A DNA stretch of 64,000 nucleotides, from NCBI GenBank assembly GCA_963740315.1, contig CAVUDP010000003.1, forward strand, positions 1-64,000, written 5' to 3'. Under the pieces are notes generated by a model. That model worked only from the letters and a program-made list of their open reading frames with translations. It did no database searches and was not told where the DNA came from. The stretch is from an uncultured cyanobacterium (lineage in GTDB: Bacteria > Cyanobacteriota > Cyanobacteriia > Cyanobacteriales > Nostocaceae). This document shows, in pieces, positions 50,124-60,600 of the stretch. The translations under genes and the position numbers were made by a program. Each line of letters starts with the position of its first letter. Position 1 is the stretch's first letter.

Positions 50124-50870
50124 ATGATTATGTCTACACTCGAAACTGCATTTAGCGATCGCCGCGTGCTGAAAGTCATCAGCGGCTTGAATAACTTCGA
50201 TCCTAACCGCGTTGCTGCAACCGTGAAAGCAGCACACCACGGTGGCGCAACTTTTCTTGATATCGCTGCCGATGCCGATTTGGTAAAAATGGCGAAACAG
50301 TTGACCGATTTACCAATTTGTGTTTCAGCAGTAGAACCCGAAAAATTTCTAAAAGCAGTTGCAGCTGGTGCCGATTTAATTGAAATAGGTAACTTTGATT
50401 CTTTCTACGCTCGTGGAATCAGATTTGAAGCTGAAGAAGTTTTAGCTTTAACCAAACAAACCCGCGCCTTACTTCCTCGAATCGCGCTTTCTGTAACCGT
50501 TCCCCATATCCTTACATTAGACAAACAGGTGCAGTTAGCAGAAGAATTGGTTGCAGCTGGTGCAGATATTATTCAAACAGAAGGCGGTACCAGCAGCAAA
50601 CCTCAAAACGCAGGTACATTAGGATTAATTGAAAAAGCCGCTCCCACCTTAGCAGCAGCCTACGAAATTGCTCGCATCGTTTCAGTACCAGTACTCTGCG
50701 CTTCCGGAATTTCCAGCGTTACCGCACCCTTAGCGATCGCTGCTGGTGCTGCTGGTGTCGGAGTTGGTTCCGCAATCAACCAGCTTAATAGTGAAGTCGC
50801 GATGATTGCTGCTGTACGCGGATTAGTTGAAGCGATCGCAACCGAACACAAAGTAGAAGTTAGCAATTAA
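50124..50870 (+). CDS. ycf23: Ycf23/DUF561 family protein
   Basis: LKVISGLNNFD, EIGNFDSFY, IQTEGG. The exact start (50100/50124/50130) is uncertain. Confidence 0.9.
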   Translation: MIMSTLETAFSDRRVLKVISGLNNFDPNRVAATVKAAHHGGATFLDIAADADLVKMAKQLTDLPICVSAVEPEKFLKAVAAGADLIEIGNFDSFYARGIRFEAEEVLALTKQTRALLPRIALSVTVPHILTLDKQVQLAEELVAAGADIIQTEGGTSSKPQNAGTLGLIEKAAPTLAAAYEIARIVSVPVLCASGISSVTAPLAIAAGAAGVGVGSAINQLNSEVAMIAAVRGLVEAIATEHKVEVSN

Positions 50871-50875
50871 CAAAT

Positions 50876-51349
50876 GTAGAGACGCGATACCCTTGCGTCT
50901 CTACAAAATTTTGTGAAAAAACGAACCCATCAAAACTAATGTCGCTCCGTACTAATAGTTATTTTCATTAATTTTCACAGGTTTGTAGTAAGGGCTTAAG
51001 CCCCTCCGGATTCAGGGAACCGATGCCCTTCCATGCGAGGATTTTAATCGTCAGATGCGATTAAAACTCTTACTACGAACCTTTTTACCCATCAAAACTA
51101 ATGTCGCTCCTTACTAATACTCCAACACATTAATTCCGACGGGTTGTAGAGACGTAGCACTGCTACGTCTCCCGACATTTAGGAGAGAAAAAGGGAAACT
51201 AACCCATCAAAAATTATGCAATCAACCACTAATACTCCAACACATTAATTTTGATAGGTTTGTAGTAAGGGCATTGGTTCCCTAAATCCTAGCGCTAAAG
51301 CGCTTACTACGAACCTTTATTACTCATCAAAAATAATGATTTGGGCTAC
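50876..51349. repeat. Mosaic array of GTAG-type REP hairpins separated by a conserved linker
   Basis: Hairpins GTAGAGACG..CGTCTC and GTAGTAAG..CTTACTAC alternate with four AC(C/T)CATCAAAA...ACTAA linkers. Confidence 0.75.
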
Positions 51350-51480
51350 TAAGTAGGTTGGCGTTGAAAATTGTAATTAGGGCAAGGGAATAGGGAATAG
51401 GGAATAGGCAGTAGGGGTAAGGGTTTAAAGCTAATTTACATTTTGTTACATAGTTATGTTTATTTCTGCCTACCTACTTA
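51350..51480. mobile_element. MITE-like element, 131 bp
   Basis: TIRs TAAGTAGGTTGGC / GCCTACCTACTTA; homologous to 5597-5713; internal GGGAATA STRR expansion. Confidence 0.7.
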
Positions 51481-51529
51481 TACGCTCTTAGCGCACGGGA
51501 AAGAAGTAAAAAGTAAAACGTTACAACTC

Positions 51530-52654
51530 CTAACTCATAATCTCTTTGATACTATAAACTACTTGATCTTGCTGTTGTTCTGAAAGTTCTGGGAACATGG
51601 GTAAAGATAAAACTTCGTTGCAAGCTTGTTCTGAAAACGGTAATTGTCCGGGATGATAGCCCAAACTTTGATAAACTGGCTGCAAGTGTAAAGGGTAGGG
51701 GTAGTAAATCGCCGTATTTACGCCTTTTTCTTTTAATTTATCGTGCAACAAATCTCTTTTATCGTTCTTAACGCGAATGGTGTATTGATTCCATACTCCG
51801 GTTGCTGCGGGTAATTCTTGGGGGATGGTAATACCGGGAATGTGACACAAAAGTTCGTGGTAACGAGAGGCAATTTTCTGCCTTTGCTGGTTCCAAGTAT
51901 CTAAATAACGTAGTTTAATTAATAAAATAGCTGCTTGAATAGAATCTAATCTGCTGTTGACACCAATTTCTTCGTATTGATATCTGTCTTTTTGACCGTG
52001 GCTTTTTAATACCCGTATCCTGGCTGCTGTTTCTGCATTACTAGTGGTAATTGCACCACCATCGCCACAACCCCCTAAATTCTTGGTGGGGTAAAAGCTG
52101 AAACAACCGATGTGTCCGATGCTTCCTACTTTTTGTTGATTCCACATTGCCCCTGTAGACTGGGCACAATCTTCTATTACCAACAAATCTTTTGAGGAGG
52201 CTAATTCCATCAACGCCGTCATATCAACGGGTTGTCCAAAAAGATGAACTGGAATAATGGCTTTAGTATTGGATGTTATCGCTGCCGCAACTTGCTGCAA
52301 ATCTAAGTTGTAAGTAGCTGGATCGATATCGACAAATACCGGCTTTGCACCCACGGAGCTAATAACTTCACAAGTAGCAACGAAAGTGAAAGGTGTTGTA
52401 ATTACTTCATCTCCCGCGCCAATATTGTAAGCCCTTAAAGCTAGGTAAAGAGCATCCGTACCTGAATTACAAGCTACGCATTCGCTGACATTTGTATAAG
52501 CCGCAAGCTGTTGTTCCAATCCTTCAACTAAAGGGCCACCAATATAACGTCCGGAAGATAGAACTTCTAAAACAGCTTCACTTACTTCTGCGGCGATCGT
52601 AGAATATTGCTGTTTGTTATCAAAAGCAGGAATAGAATTTACACTTTGAATCAT
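51530..52654 (-). CDS. DegT/DnrJ/EryC1/StrS aminotransferase
   Basis: NSGTDAL, PVHLFG, EDCAQ, SFYPTKNLG (PLP lysine), NSRLD. Confidence 0.95.
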   Translation of the reverse strand: MIQSVNSIPAFDNKQQYSTIAAEVSEAVLEVLSSGRYIGGPLVEGLEQQLAAYTNVSECVACNSGTDALYLALRAYNIGAGDEVITTPFTFVATCEVISSVGAKPVFVDIDPATYNLDLQQVAAAITSNTKAIIPVHLFGQPVDMTALMELASSKDLLVIEDCAQSTGAMWNQQKVGSIGHIGCFSFYPTKNLGGCGDGGAITTSNAETAARIRVLKSHGQKDRYQYEEIGVNSRLDSIQAAILLIKLRYLDTWNQQRQKIASRYHELLCHIPGITIPQELPAATGVWNQYTIRVKNDKRDLLHDKLKEKGVNTAIYYPYPLHLQPVYQSLGYHPGQLPFSEQACNEVLSLPMFPELSEQQQDQVVYSIKEIMS

Positions 52655-52916
52655 GAGCTTTATTTTTATATGAATATAGATGATAATGCTGAATGACTGG
52701 TTAGATTTTTAATCATATTGCCGGTTTTATACTGTCACTCCTAATACTTTATTAACAAGACTCAAGCTTGATTTTTGGCAATATAACATCATCAGTTTCT
52801 ATGGTTGCCTGGAATATTTAATTTCGTATATTTATACATCGGCTAGCTAGCTTCATCCGATAAATACTTAGAACTTTATTCGATCGAAAAATAAATAGTA
52901 GTTTCAATAATTAATT

Positions 52917-53720
52917 TTGATGGCGGAACTGATACAGTTAAATTTTTTAGACTTAGCGATCGCTGTGGGATTAATGGTTATAGCCGTTGGTATATCTAGT
53001 TGGGAAAAAATCGGACTGGAGCTAAATCTGGCTGTTGCTACTGGCAGAACTATCCTACAGTTATTAGTATTGGGATACATTTTAGACTTTATTCTGGCTT
53101 TAAATAGTGTTTGGGCAGTTTTGGCGATTTTAGCAGTAATGCTGAGTGTTACGGCGATTGCTGCCAAAAATCGCATCGCAAATAAAATGCCGCGAGTTTT
53201 GCCTTTGGTGTGGGGTTCAATGTTCTTGAGTACTGCATTTACCTTGATTTATGTCAACTTGCTGATAATTCAACCCGATAGATGGTTTGAACCACAATAC
53301 GTGATTCCTCTAGGGAGTGTTGTATTAGGTAATGCCATGAATGCCGCCGCGATCGCAGGGGAACGGTTTGTCAGCGCGATCGATGCAAGTCACGCGGAAA
53401 TAGAAACTCACCTCAGTTTGGGTGCGACTCCGCAACAAGCAATAAAACAGTATAAAAAAGATTCAATTCGCGCCGGGTTGATTCCTACCATCAATCAAAT
53501 GATGATAATCGGAATGGTAACTATACCCGGATTTATGAGTGGATTAATAATTAGTGGGGTTGATTACGATAAAATCCCCTTCCAAGCCGCATCAGAAGCC
53601 GCATCCTATCAAATTTTACTCATGTTTATGGTGGCACTTAGCAACCTATTAACGACAGTATTGCTTACCAAAGCCCTTTCCCGTCAATTTTTTAACTCTA
53701 ACGCCCAACTAATTAAGTAA
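52917..53720 (+). CDS. fetB: FetB/YbbM (UPF0014) ABC transporter permease
   Basis: RTILQL, PQYVIP, GNAM, LSLGAT, GMVTIPGFMSG. Confidence 0.85.
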   Translation: MMAELIQLNFLDLAIAVGLMVIAVGISSWEKIGLELNLAVATGRTILQLLVLGYILDFILALNSVWAVLAILAVMLSVTAIAAKNRIANKMPRVLPLVWGSMFLSTAFTLIYVNLLIIQPDRWFEPQYVIPLGSVVLGNAMNAAAIAGERFVSAIDASHAEIETHLSLGATPQQAIKQYKKDSIRAGLIPTINQMMIIGMVTIPGFMSGLIISGVDYDKIPFQAASEAASYQILLMFMVALSNLLTTVLLTKALSRQFFNSNAQLIK

Positions 53721-53743
53721 ACATAAATAGTTCTGATTACCAA

Positions 53744-54208
53744 TTACCTATCAATAAAAAGAATTCCGTTCAAATGATCGATTTCGTGTTGAATAAGAAT
53801 TGATAACATTCCATCAGCAGCAAGACTAAAAGATTGATTTTCTCGATTCCAAGCCTTCAATTTTATTTGATTAAAACGTTTTACAGTTTCTCGTCTTCCC
53901 GGAAAGCTTAAACATCCTTCGCTTGAATCAATCAAACAGTTTCGATCTTCAATTTCAGGATTAACAATACACAATATATCTTTCTGTTGATAATTTTTAC
54001 TTTTACTACCCGCAATACGTTTTGTATTTAAAACAAACACCCGTTTCAACTGTCCAATTTGAGGAGCAGCCAATCCCATCGAATCTTCGACAAACATCGT
54101 ATCAATCAAATCTTCAACCAAACCTTGAAAATCTCCATCAAAAACATCAACTTTAGTTGATACTTCTCTTAACAAAGGATCGGGATAACAAACAAGATTA
54201 ACAGACAT
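53744..54208 (-). CDS. def: Peptide deformylase, short form lacking the C-terminal helix
   Basis: GLAAPQIG, EGCLS and QHEIDHLNG motifs; ends at LFIDR. Confidence 0.93.
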   Translation of the reverse strand: MSVNLVCYPDPLLREVSTKVDVFDGDFQGLVEDLIDTMFVEDSMGLAAPQIGQLKRVFVLNTKRIAGSKSKNYQQKDILCIVNPEIEDRNCLIDSSEGCLSFPGRRETVKRFNQIKLKAWNRENQSFSLAADGMLSILIQHEIDHLNGILFIDR

Positions 54209-54216
54209 ATATCAAC

Positions 54217-54477
54217 CTACCACTTACCATCTGGACATTCGGAAGATTCAATATTTGCTTTGACTAACATAAAACATCCACATACAGTGCAACGCCTATC
54301 TTCGGCATTATACTTTTCACAATTAGAGCAAATGTCCAATCTTTCTTCTACTTTACTTTTTTGAGCGAGAACTCTATCTCCGCATAATCCCTGTTTCGCA
54401 GTTTTATAAGCTTCCGAAACCAAACCCTGGAACATTTTTGAGCGACTTGGATAACTTGGCGGCGATGAATTACTCAT
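54217..54477 (-). CDS. Small Cys-rich protein (DUF6171-like)
   Basis: RLDICSNC...CTVCGCF...CPDGKW pattern; AGGAG RBS; 8 bp upstream of def. Confidence 0.75.
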   Translation of the reverse strand: MSNSSPPSYPSRSKMFQGLVSEAYKTAKQGLCGDRVLAQKSKVEERLDICSNCEKYNAEDRRCTVCGCFMLVKANIESSECPDGKW

Positions 54478-54674
54478 ATTACTCCTAGAATATTGGAAAG
54501 AATTCTCAACAAATCATAACACTCCAAAATATTTATGCAAAAAATAACAGATAATTAAATATAATTTTCTTCTTACACAAAAAAATACTTAGTTCGTAGT
54601 AAGGGATTTATCCCTTTTCTTTAGAAGGGCTAAAGCCCTTACTACAAACTTATTTATTTAAACCGACTGACAAT

Positions 54675-55496
54675 CTAATCAATTAAAAAACGAGTTACAG
54701 GCACAAACTTGAAGAAAGCATACTCATACCATACAGTCCAAATAAAATCGCGAATCCAAGTAGTACGCATTGATGGACGAATTTGATAGTCAAAAGAGGT
54801 ATCGGTGGCACCGACTCTTGCCATAGCGTGGTTACAACCACAACCATGCTCTTGGAAAAACCCATGCTTAGAAGAGATACTTTGCACCATTAACTGAATC
54901 GGAAACACCTTTTGTCCGTGTAAAGAAGCATCCCAAGCACGCGCATTCTGTTTATCTGACTCAGAAAATCTTAACGGGCGTACTTCCGAAACTTCTTCTC
55001 TATATACGGGAGCTAAATGTACGTGATAAAAAGAAGCAGGTAAATCGTAACCAAACTCTTCAAACAAAGCTCTACCAATTTCGATAATTTGTTTGCGTCC
55101 GGTATAATCTTCTTGTTGAGGAGAAAGTTCTTTTTCAATTAAATCAAAATTAGGATATCTATCTACATCGAAATCCTTGCCGTAAAAATCAAGAGCTTCC
55201 CAAGCTAAACTACCAAAGATTTCACAAAAAGCAGGCTTTAAGTGCTGTAAATTATCAGATTCATTGAATAAGTCTACATCACCGCGAGACATCTTGTGAA
55301 AAAATAGTTGCGCCATTTTCACATATTCTTCGGGATTAGAAATCTTTGTATTAGACTTACCCGTAAAGATATCTTGCCAAGATTGAGGAAGTTGATTTAC
55401 AGGTGTAGCTTGTTCGCCTTCAATTACAACAGATAATAATTTTTTAGAGGTAGTAACAACTTGCTCAATAGGATTCGCAGTAGCTTGTGGTGTCAT
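54675..55496 (-). CDS. Hypothetical protein with HxH and HGCGCNH motifs
   Basis: 273-aa ORF with globular composition; no family recognised. Confidence 0.75.
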   Translation of the reverse strand: MTPQATANPIEQVVTTSKKLLSVVIEGEQATPVNQLPQSWQDIFTGKSNTKISNPEEYVKMAQLFFHKMSRGDVDLFNESDNLQHLKPAFCEIFGSLAWEALDFYGKDFDVDRYPNFDLIEKELSPQQEDYTGRKQIIEIGRALFEEFGYDLPASFYHVHLAPVYREEVSEVRPLRFSESDKQNARAWDASLHGQKVFPIQLMVQSISSKHGFFQEHGCGCNHAMARVGATDTSFDYQIRPSMRTTWIRDFIWTVWYEYAFFKFVPVTRFLID

Positions 55497-55912
55497 GCTT
55501 TTTTTCCCTGAGTAAAATAGCTAACAAATCATTGCCGCAAACAATCATAATCACTATTTACAAGATATTTCTCGCTACTGTAATTAAAAGTAATATAGCA
55601 AAACGTTTTTTTATTAATTTGGGTTAAAAAAATTATTTTAGCTGATTGCAAACAGTCACACAAAGTGTTTAGATTATCTTTTTTTATGTATGACAAAACG
55701 TCTTACTTCTATTTGTTTATATACAACTATATCTCTCTAATTCTTCCCTCTGCGCTCTCTGCGTCTCTGCGGTTTTTTTAATCGGTAATCTTCTGGATGA
55801 ATAGCGGTAATTATTTATAACAATAAAAAAACCCGTTTTTTATAAAAAAAACCGGGTTTCTGATTTCTATGTAAAACTAAAGCGATCGCACAAAAAGAAT
55901 TAAAATCTATAT

Positions 55913-56185
55913 TTAGTTTGATCGAATATTAGAAATTGGTAATTTACCTTGTAATTGCGACTTAGCCCCAACACAATAAGCGCACTTACAGCCAAGTTGG
56001 TCAATAATAGGATTACTATCAACTTGATTTAAGGTTACTAACTGATGAACTGGCTGTGAATCAACTGCACTAATATGTGTTGTGGCAGAGGCATTAACAG
56101 GAAATGCTGCTGCGGGATTTGCTAAAAACAGCATAGAAGCAACAAGTACGGGTGATGCAAATAAAACAAGTTTTGCGATAATCAT
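55913..56185 (-). CDS. Small secreted protein with CxCxxC motif
   Basis: Signal peptide ending PAAA; LGCKCAYC. Confidence 0.7.
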   Translation of the reverse strand: MIIAKLVLFASPVLVASMLFLANPAAAFPVNASATTHISAVDSQPVHQLVTLNQVDSNPIIDQLGCKCAYCVGAKSQLQGKLPISNIRSN

Positions 56186-56282
56186 AACTTATAGTTTATA
56201 TAGTGAACGGTATCCGCTTAAACCTATGATATCTTGAGAATTGCTGAGATGGCTTGATTGATAACTGATAATTGATAACTGA

Positions 56283-57332
56283 TTACGGCTTTCCCCAAAT
56301 CACTAACTCACCATTTTCGCCCCCTGCGGCAATTTTGCTACCTTGAGGATGCCAAGCAAGACAGGTAAAACCATCTGAAACGCCCGTAATAATTTGTGAA
56401 ACTTCTTGAGCATCTGGCCACAAACATAACCAACCGTCGCTAGCAGCAGAAGCGAGTAAAAAGCTTTCGGGAGCAAAACCGATCGCCTGAATAATACCCG
56501 CATGATTGGTTAAAACTGCCCCTTCCCAATCGGAATCCTCACCGGCTTGCTTTTCCCACAAAACAATACCATCAACGCTAGAGCAGGCAAGTAAAGGCGC
56601 ACCTGTATCGGAATCTATTTGCGACCATGCAACTTGACGAATTTTACCAGGAAAACCGTGCATAATCCACGGTTGCGGATCTTGCCTAGAAATTAATAAT
56701 TGGGTTTCTACCACTGCAATAGTTTTGTCCATATTGCCCGAAGCGAGGAATTTTCCATCCCCAGACCAAGCCATTGCTAAACTCGTAGAAGGAAGATCGA
56801 AAATATATGGTTCGTCATCCCAAGAATGAGTATTCCAAACTTTGACTCCCTGATGTCCGCCGATCGCAATATAATTCCCATCCGATCGCCAATCAATACC
56901 TAACGGGGAAGAGTTTTCAAAATCTAAAGTGGCGATCGCACTGCGGGTATCGGCATCCCAAACTTGTACTTTACGCCCCAAGCTAAAAGCCAATTGATTG
57001 CATTTCGGACTCCAAGCCAGTCTATCAACCCAAGCAGAATTTTCTAAAGTCGCGATTAAATCATTTCCCTGCCAGATTTTAACTTGTCCATTTTGTCCGG
57101 CGATCGCAACAAATTTACCATCATCAGAAAAAGCAAGGCAATCTACAGATTCACCATTCCCAGATTGCAAAGTTATTAAATTATTATCTTGCCAAAACAC
57201 AACTTCCCCAGCAGCAGAAGTCGCAGCCAAAGTATTATCTTGCGGCGACCAAGCAACAGCTGTAACGTAATCTGAGAGAGTTTGCGATGATATAAGCGAA
57301 AATTGCTGAGAGTTGATGGTAGATTGATTCAT
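56283..57332 (-). CDS. WD40 repeat protein
   Basis: Multiple AWSP/AFS..G..LA...DG.V.vW repeats. Confidence 0.92.
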   Translation of the reverse strand: MNQSTINSQQFSLISSQTLSDYVTAVAWSPQDNTLAATSAAGEVVFWQDNNLITLQSGNGESVDCLAFSDDGKFVAIAGQNGQVKIWQGNDLIATLENSAWVDRLAWSPKCNQLAFSLGRKVQVWDADTRSAIATLDFENSSPLGIDWRSDGNYIAIGGHQGVKVWNTHSWDDEPYIFDLPSTSLAMAWSGDGKFLASGNMDKTIAVVETQLLISRQDPQPWIMHGFPGKIRQVAWSQIDSDTGAPLLACSSVDGIVLWEKQAGEDSDWEGAVLTNHAGIIQAIGFAPESFLLASAASDGWLCLWPDAQEVSQIITGVSDGFTCLAWHPQGSKIAAGGENGELVIWGKP

Positions 57333-57381
57333 TTTTAAAAGTTAGGAGTTGGGAGTTAGGAGTTACCAGTTTTTGGTTATT

Positions 57382-57565
57382 TAAGTTGATGTGCAGCTAA
57401 ATATTGTAGTGCGTTAGCGGAGCGTGTCCGCCAGGACATGCATCTTGCTCGCTAATCTTGTACAAACATTGTAGTGCGAGCATCTTGCTCGCTAATCTTG
57501 TACAAACATTGTAGTGCGAGCATCTTGCTCGCTAATCTTGTACAAACTAAATGCGTAACAACTTA
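57382..57565. mobile_element. MITE-like element with internal 40-bp tandem triplication
   Basis: Ends TAAGTTGATGTGCA / TGCGTAACAACTTA. Unit ATTGTAGTGCGAGCATCTTGCTCGCTAATCTTGTACAAAC at 57468 and 57508, plus an interrupted copy at 57403. Related to 63765-63867. Confidence 0.7.
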
Positions 57566-57624
57566 GTACAAACGGATACATCCATATTACTAAAAAGCGA
57601 TCGAATACTTGCTATCTAAATTTT

Positions 57625-60600
57625 CTATTCATGACGAGCTACAGGCACTTTACCATTTCCTTCCACAGTTTCCATTGTTTCCTCGTTTCTTCGAGAAGGC
57701 ATTAATTGCTCTCGTAAAGACACAATTACAATGTACAAAATGGGTACCACAAACAAACTTAAAAACGTCGCTACAAACATTCCTCCAAATACAGCAGTAC
57801 CTAAAGATTGACGACTACCAGCACCCGCACCCGTGGCGATTAATAAAGGGAAAATCCCTAACAAAGTTGATAAAGCTGTCATTAAAATTGGTCGCAAACG
57901 TTCTTCGGCTGCACGTACTGCTGCTTTAGGTATCGAAAGTCCTTCTTGTTTTAATTGATTAGCAAATTCTACAATCAAAATGGCATTTTTAGAAGCCAAA
58001 CCAATTAACATTACTAATCCAACTTGACAAAATACGTCATTTTCTAAACCTCTTAAATACTGTGCTGATAGTGCCCCTAAAATAGCTAAGGGAACTGAAA
58101 GCATGATAATCAAGGGGTCAATATAGTTCTCATATTGCGCCGCTAATACTAATAATACAAAAACAAGTCCCAAACCAAAAATTAATGGTGCTTGTCCCCC
58201 AGATTCCCTTTCTTCTGCCGAAATTCCCGCCCATTCGTAACCAAAAGTTCTCGGTAAGGTTTGGTTTGCAACTTTTTCCATTGCGTCTAAAGCTTGTCCG
58301 GAACTGTAACCGGGTGCTGTTTGTCCGTTAATTTCAATGGAACGATAGAGATTGTAATGGTTAATAGTTTGCGCTCCGGTGGTTGAAGTAACTGTTACTA
58401 AGTTACTCATGGAAATCATTTGATTATTTTGCGATCGCACGTACAATTTACCGATATCTTCTGGATTGGATCGGTATTGAGCGTCTGCCTGCACGTAAAC
58501 TCGATAAGTCCGCTGTTCTAAATTAAAATCGTTGACGTATCGCGAACCTATATAAGTCTGCAAGGTACTAAAAACATCGTCGATATCAACTTGTAAGGCT
58601 TTGGCTCGATTGCGATTAACTTCAATCAATAATTGCGGCATATTCGCAGAAAAGGTACTAAAAGCAGCCTGAATTTCTTCTTCTTGACTGGCTTTACCCA
58701 ATAGTTCTCCCATTACTTCCAGCATTGTTGGTAAGCCGCTGTTTCCTCTTCTATCTTGCAACTGAAATTGAAAGCCGCTAAAACTACCCAACCCCTGAAT
58801 TGCTGGCGGATTTACCGGCAAAATTCTCGCGTCGGTAATGGTAAAAAACTGCTTTCTCAACTTATCAATAATTGCCAAAGAAGATTGTCCTTCTCCCTTT
58901 CTTTCTCCCCAAGGTTTCAAAGTAGTAAAAATTACGCCGTTATTAGCAGTACTACCGCTAAAACCAAAACCACCGATCGCAAAGGTTCCTACTACTTCTG
59001 GTAATTTGAGGATTTGCTCTTCTACCTGTCGCATCACGTTACTAGTATAGTTAAGCGAAACTCCTTCGGGTCCCTGAATAATTGTAATAAAATAACCTTG
59101 GTCTTCTTCTGGTAAAAATGCTTGCGGAACTATGGTATAAAGCCAACCAGTAGTTACTAATAACGCCGCAAATACTGCCAAAACCACAAATTTAAGATGT
59201 ATTAAACGTTCCAACGTCCATTTGTAGCCACTTCTTACCGAGTCTAAAAACCAGTTAATAGCGTCAAAAATTTTATTAATAAAACCGCCACTTTCTGTTT
59301 TTCTTCTAAACAATAATGCCGACAAAGCAGGAGTTAAAGTTAATGCTAAAAAAGTAGAAATTGCCACAGCAAAGGCAATTGTCAGCGCAAATTGACGGTA
59401 AATTTTACCAGTAGAACCGGGAAAGAATGCTACTGGAATAAACACCGCCATCAATACTAAAGAAGTTGCAATTACCGCTCCAGTTAATTCGCGCATGGCA
59501 GCAGAAGCCGCTGCTTGTGGAGACATTTCCTTTTGATTAATCAAGCGAGAAATATCTTCAACAACTACGATCGCGTCATCAACTACCATCCCTGTCGCTA
59601 AAGTTAAGCCGAATAAAGTTAAAGTATTAATCGAAAATCCGAATATTTTAATAAAGCCAAAAGTCCCGATTAACGCCAAAGGAATTGTAATAACGGGTAC
59701 AACGGTTGTCCGCCAATCTTGTAAGAAAACAAAGATTACTATAACAACCAAACCAATAGATAACAAAAGCGTTTTAATAACTTCCGAAAGCGATTCTTCC
59801 ACAAAAGCAGTGGTGTCAAACGCCACCTGATACTGCATTCCCGGCGGAAAATCGCGAGCCAATTCTGCCATTTCCGCTTTTACGGCAGCAGCAACTTCTA
59901 AAGCATTACTTCCCGGAGTCGGAAATATCCCCACACCAACCCCTTCATTGCCTTTAAATCTTAAAAACGAGTTGTAATTTTCTGCTCCTAACTCCGCTCT
60001 ACCGATATCTTTCAACTTAACTAAAACGCCATTATCCCCAGCTTTGACGACAATATCCTCAAACTCGGAAACATTTTGCAGCCTACCTAAAGCGCGTAAA
60101 TCAATTTGATACATTTGGTCGGGAGGTGTCGGTTGCTGACCGAGTTGTCCGGCACCCACCTGTACGTTTTGTTCGTTAAGGGCATTAATTACATCCTGCG
60201 CCGTTAAATTGCGACTCGTCAGACGATTGGGATCGAGCCACAAACGCATTGCATAACGACGTTCGCCAAAAATCCGCGCCGAGCTAACACCGTTGATTTT
60301 CTGTAAATTATCTCTGATATAAAGGTCAGCATAATTACTTAGAAAGATGTTATCAAACTCTTTGTTTTGGCTATACAGCCCCATTGCCAGGAGAATATTG
60401 CTTGACTGCTTACTAACAACAACTCCCGTTCGCTGTACGACTTCGGGTAACTGCGGTTCGGCAAGAGAAACTCGATTTTGCACGTCAACCGCTGCAATGT
60501 CTTTATTACGAGATGCATCAAACGTAACTGTAATTTGACTCGTACCACTATTACTACTGCTCGAAGACATATACTTCAAGCCTTCCACACCATTTAACTG

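Noticed and set aside
50876..51349. Degenerate CRISPR or attC cassette array
   Set aside because: Linkers are divergent and the intervening parts are REP hairpins found elsewhere in the window; no cas or integrase gene nearby.
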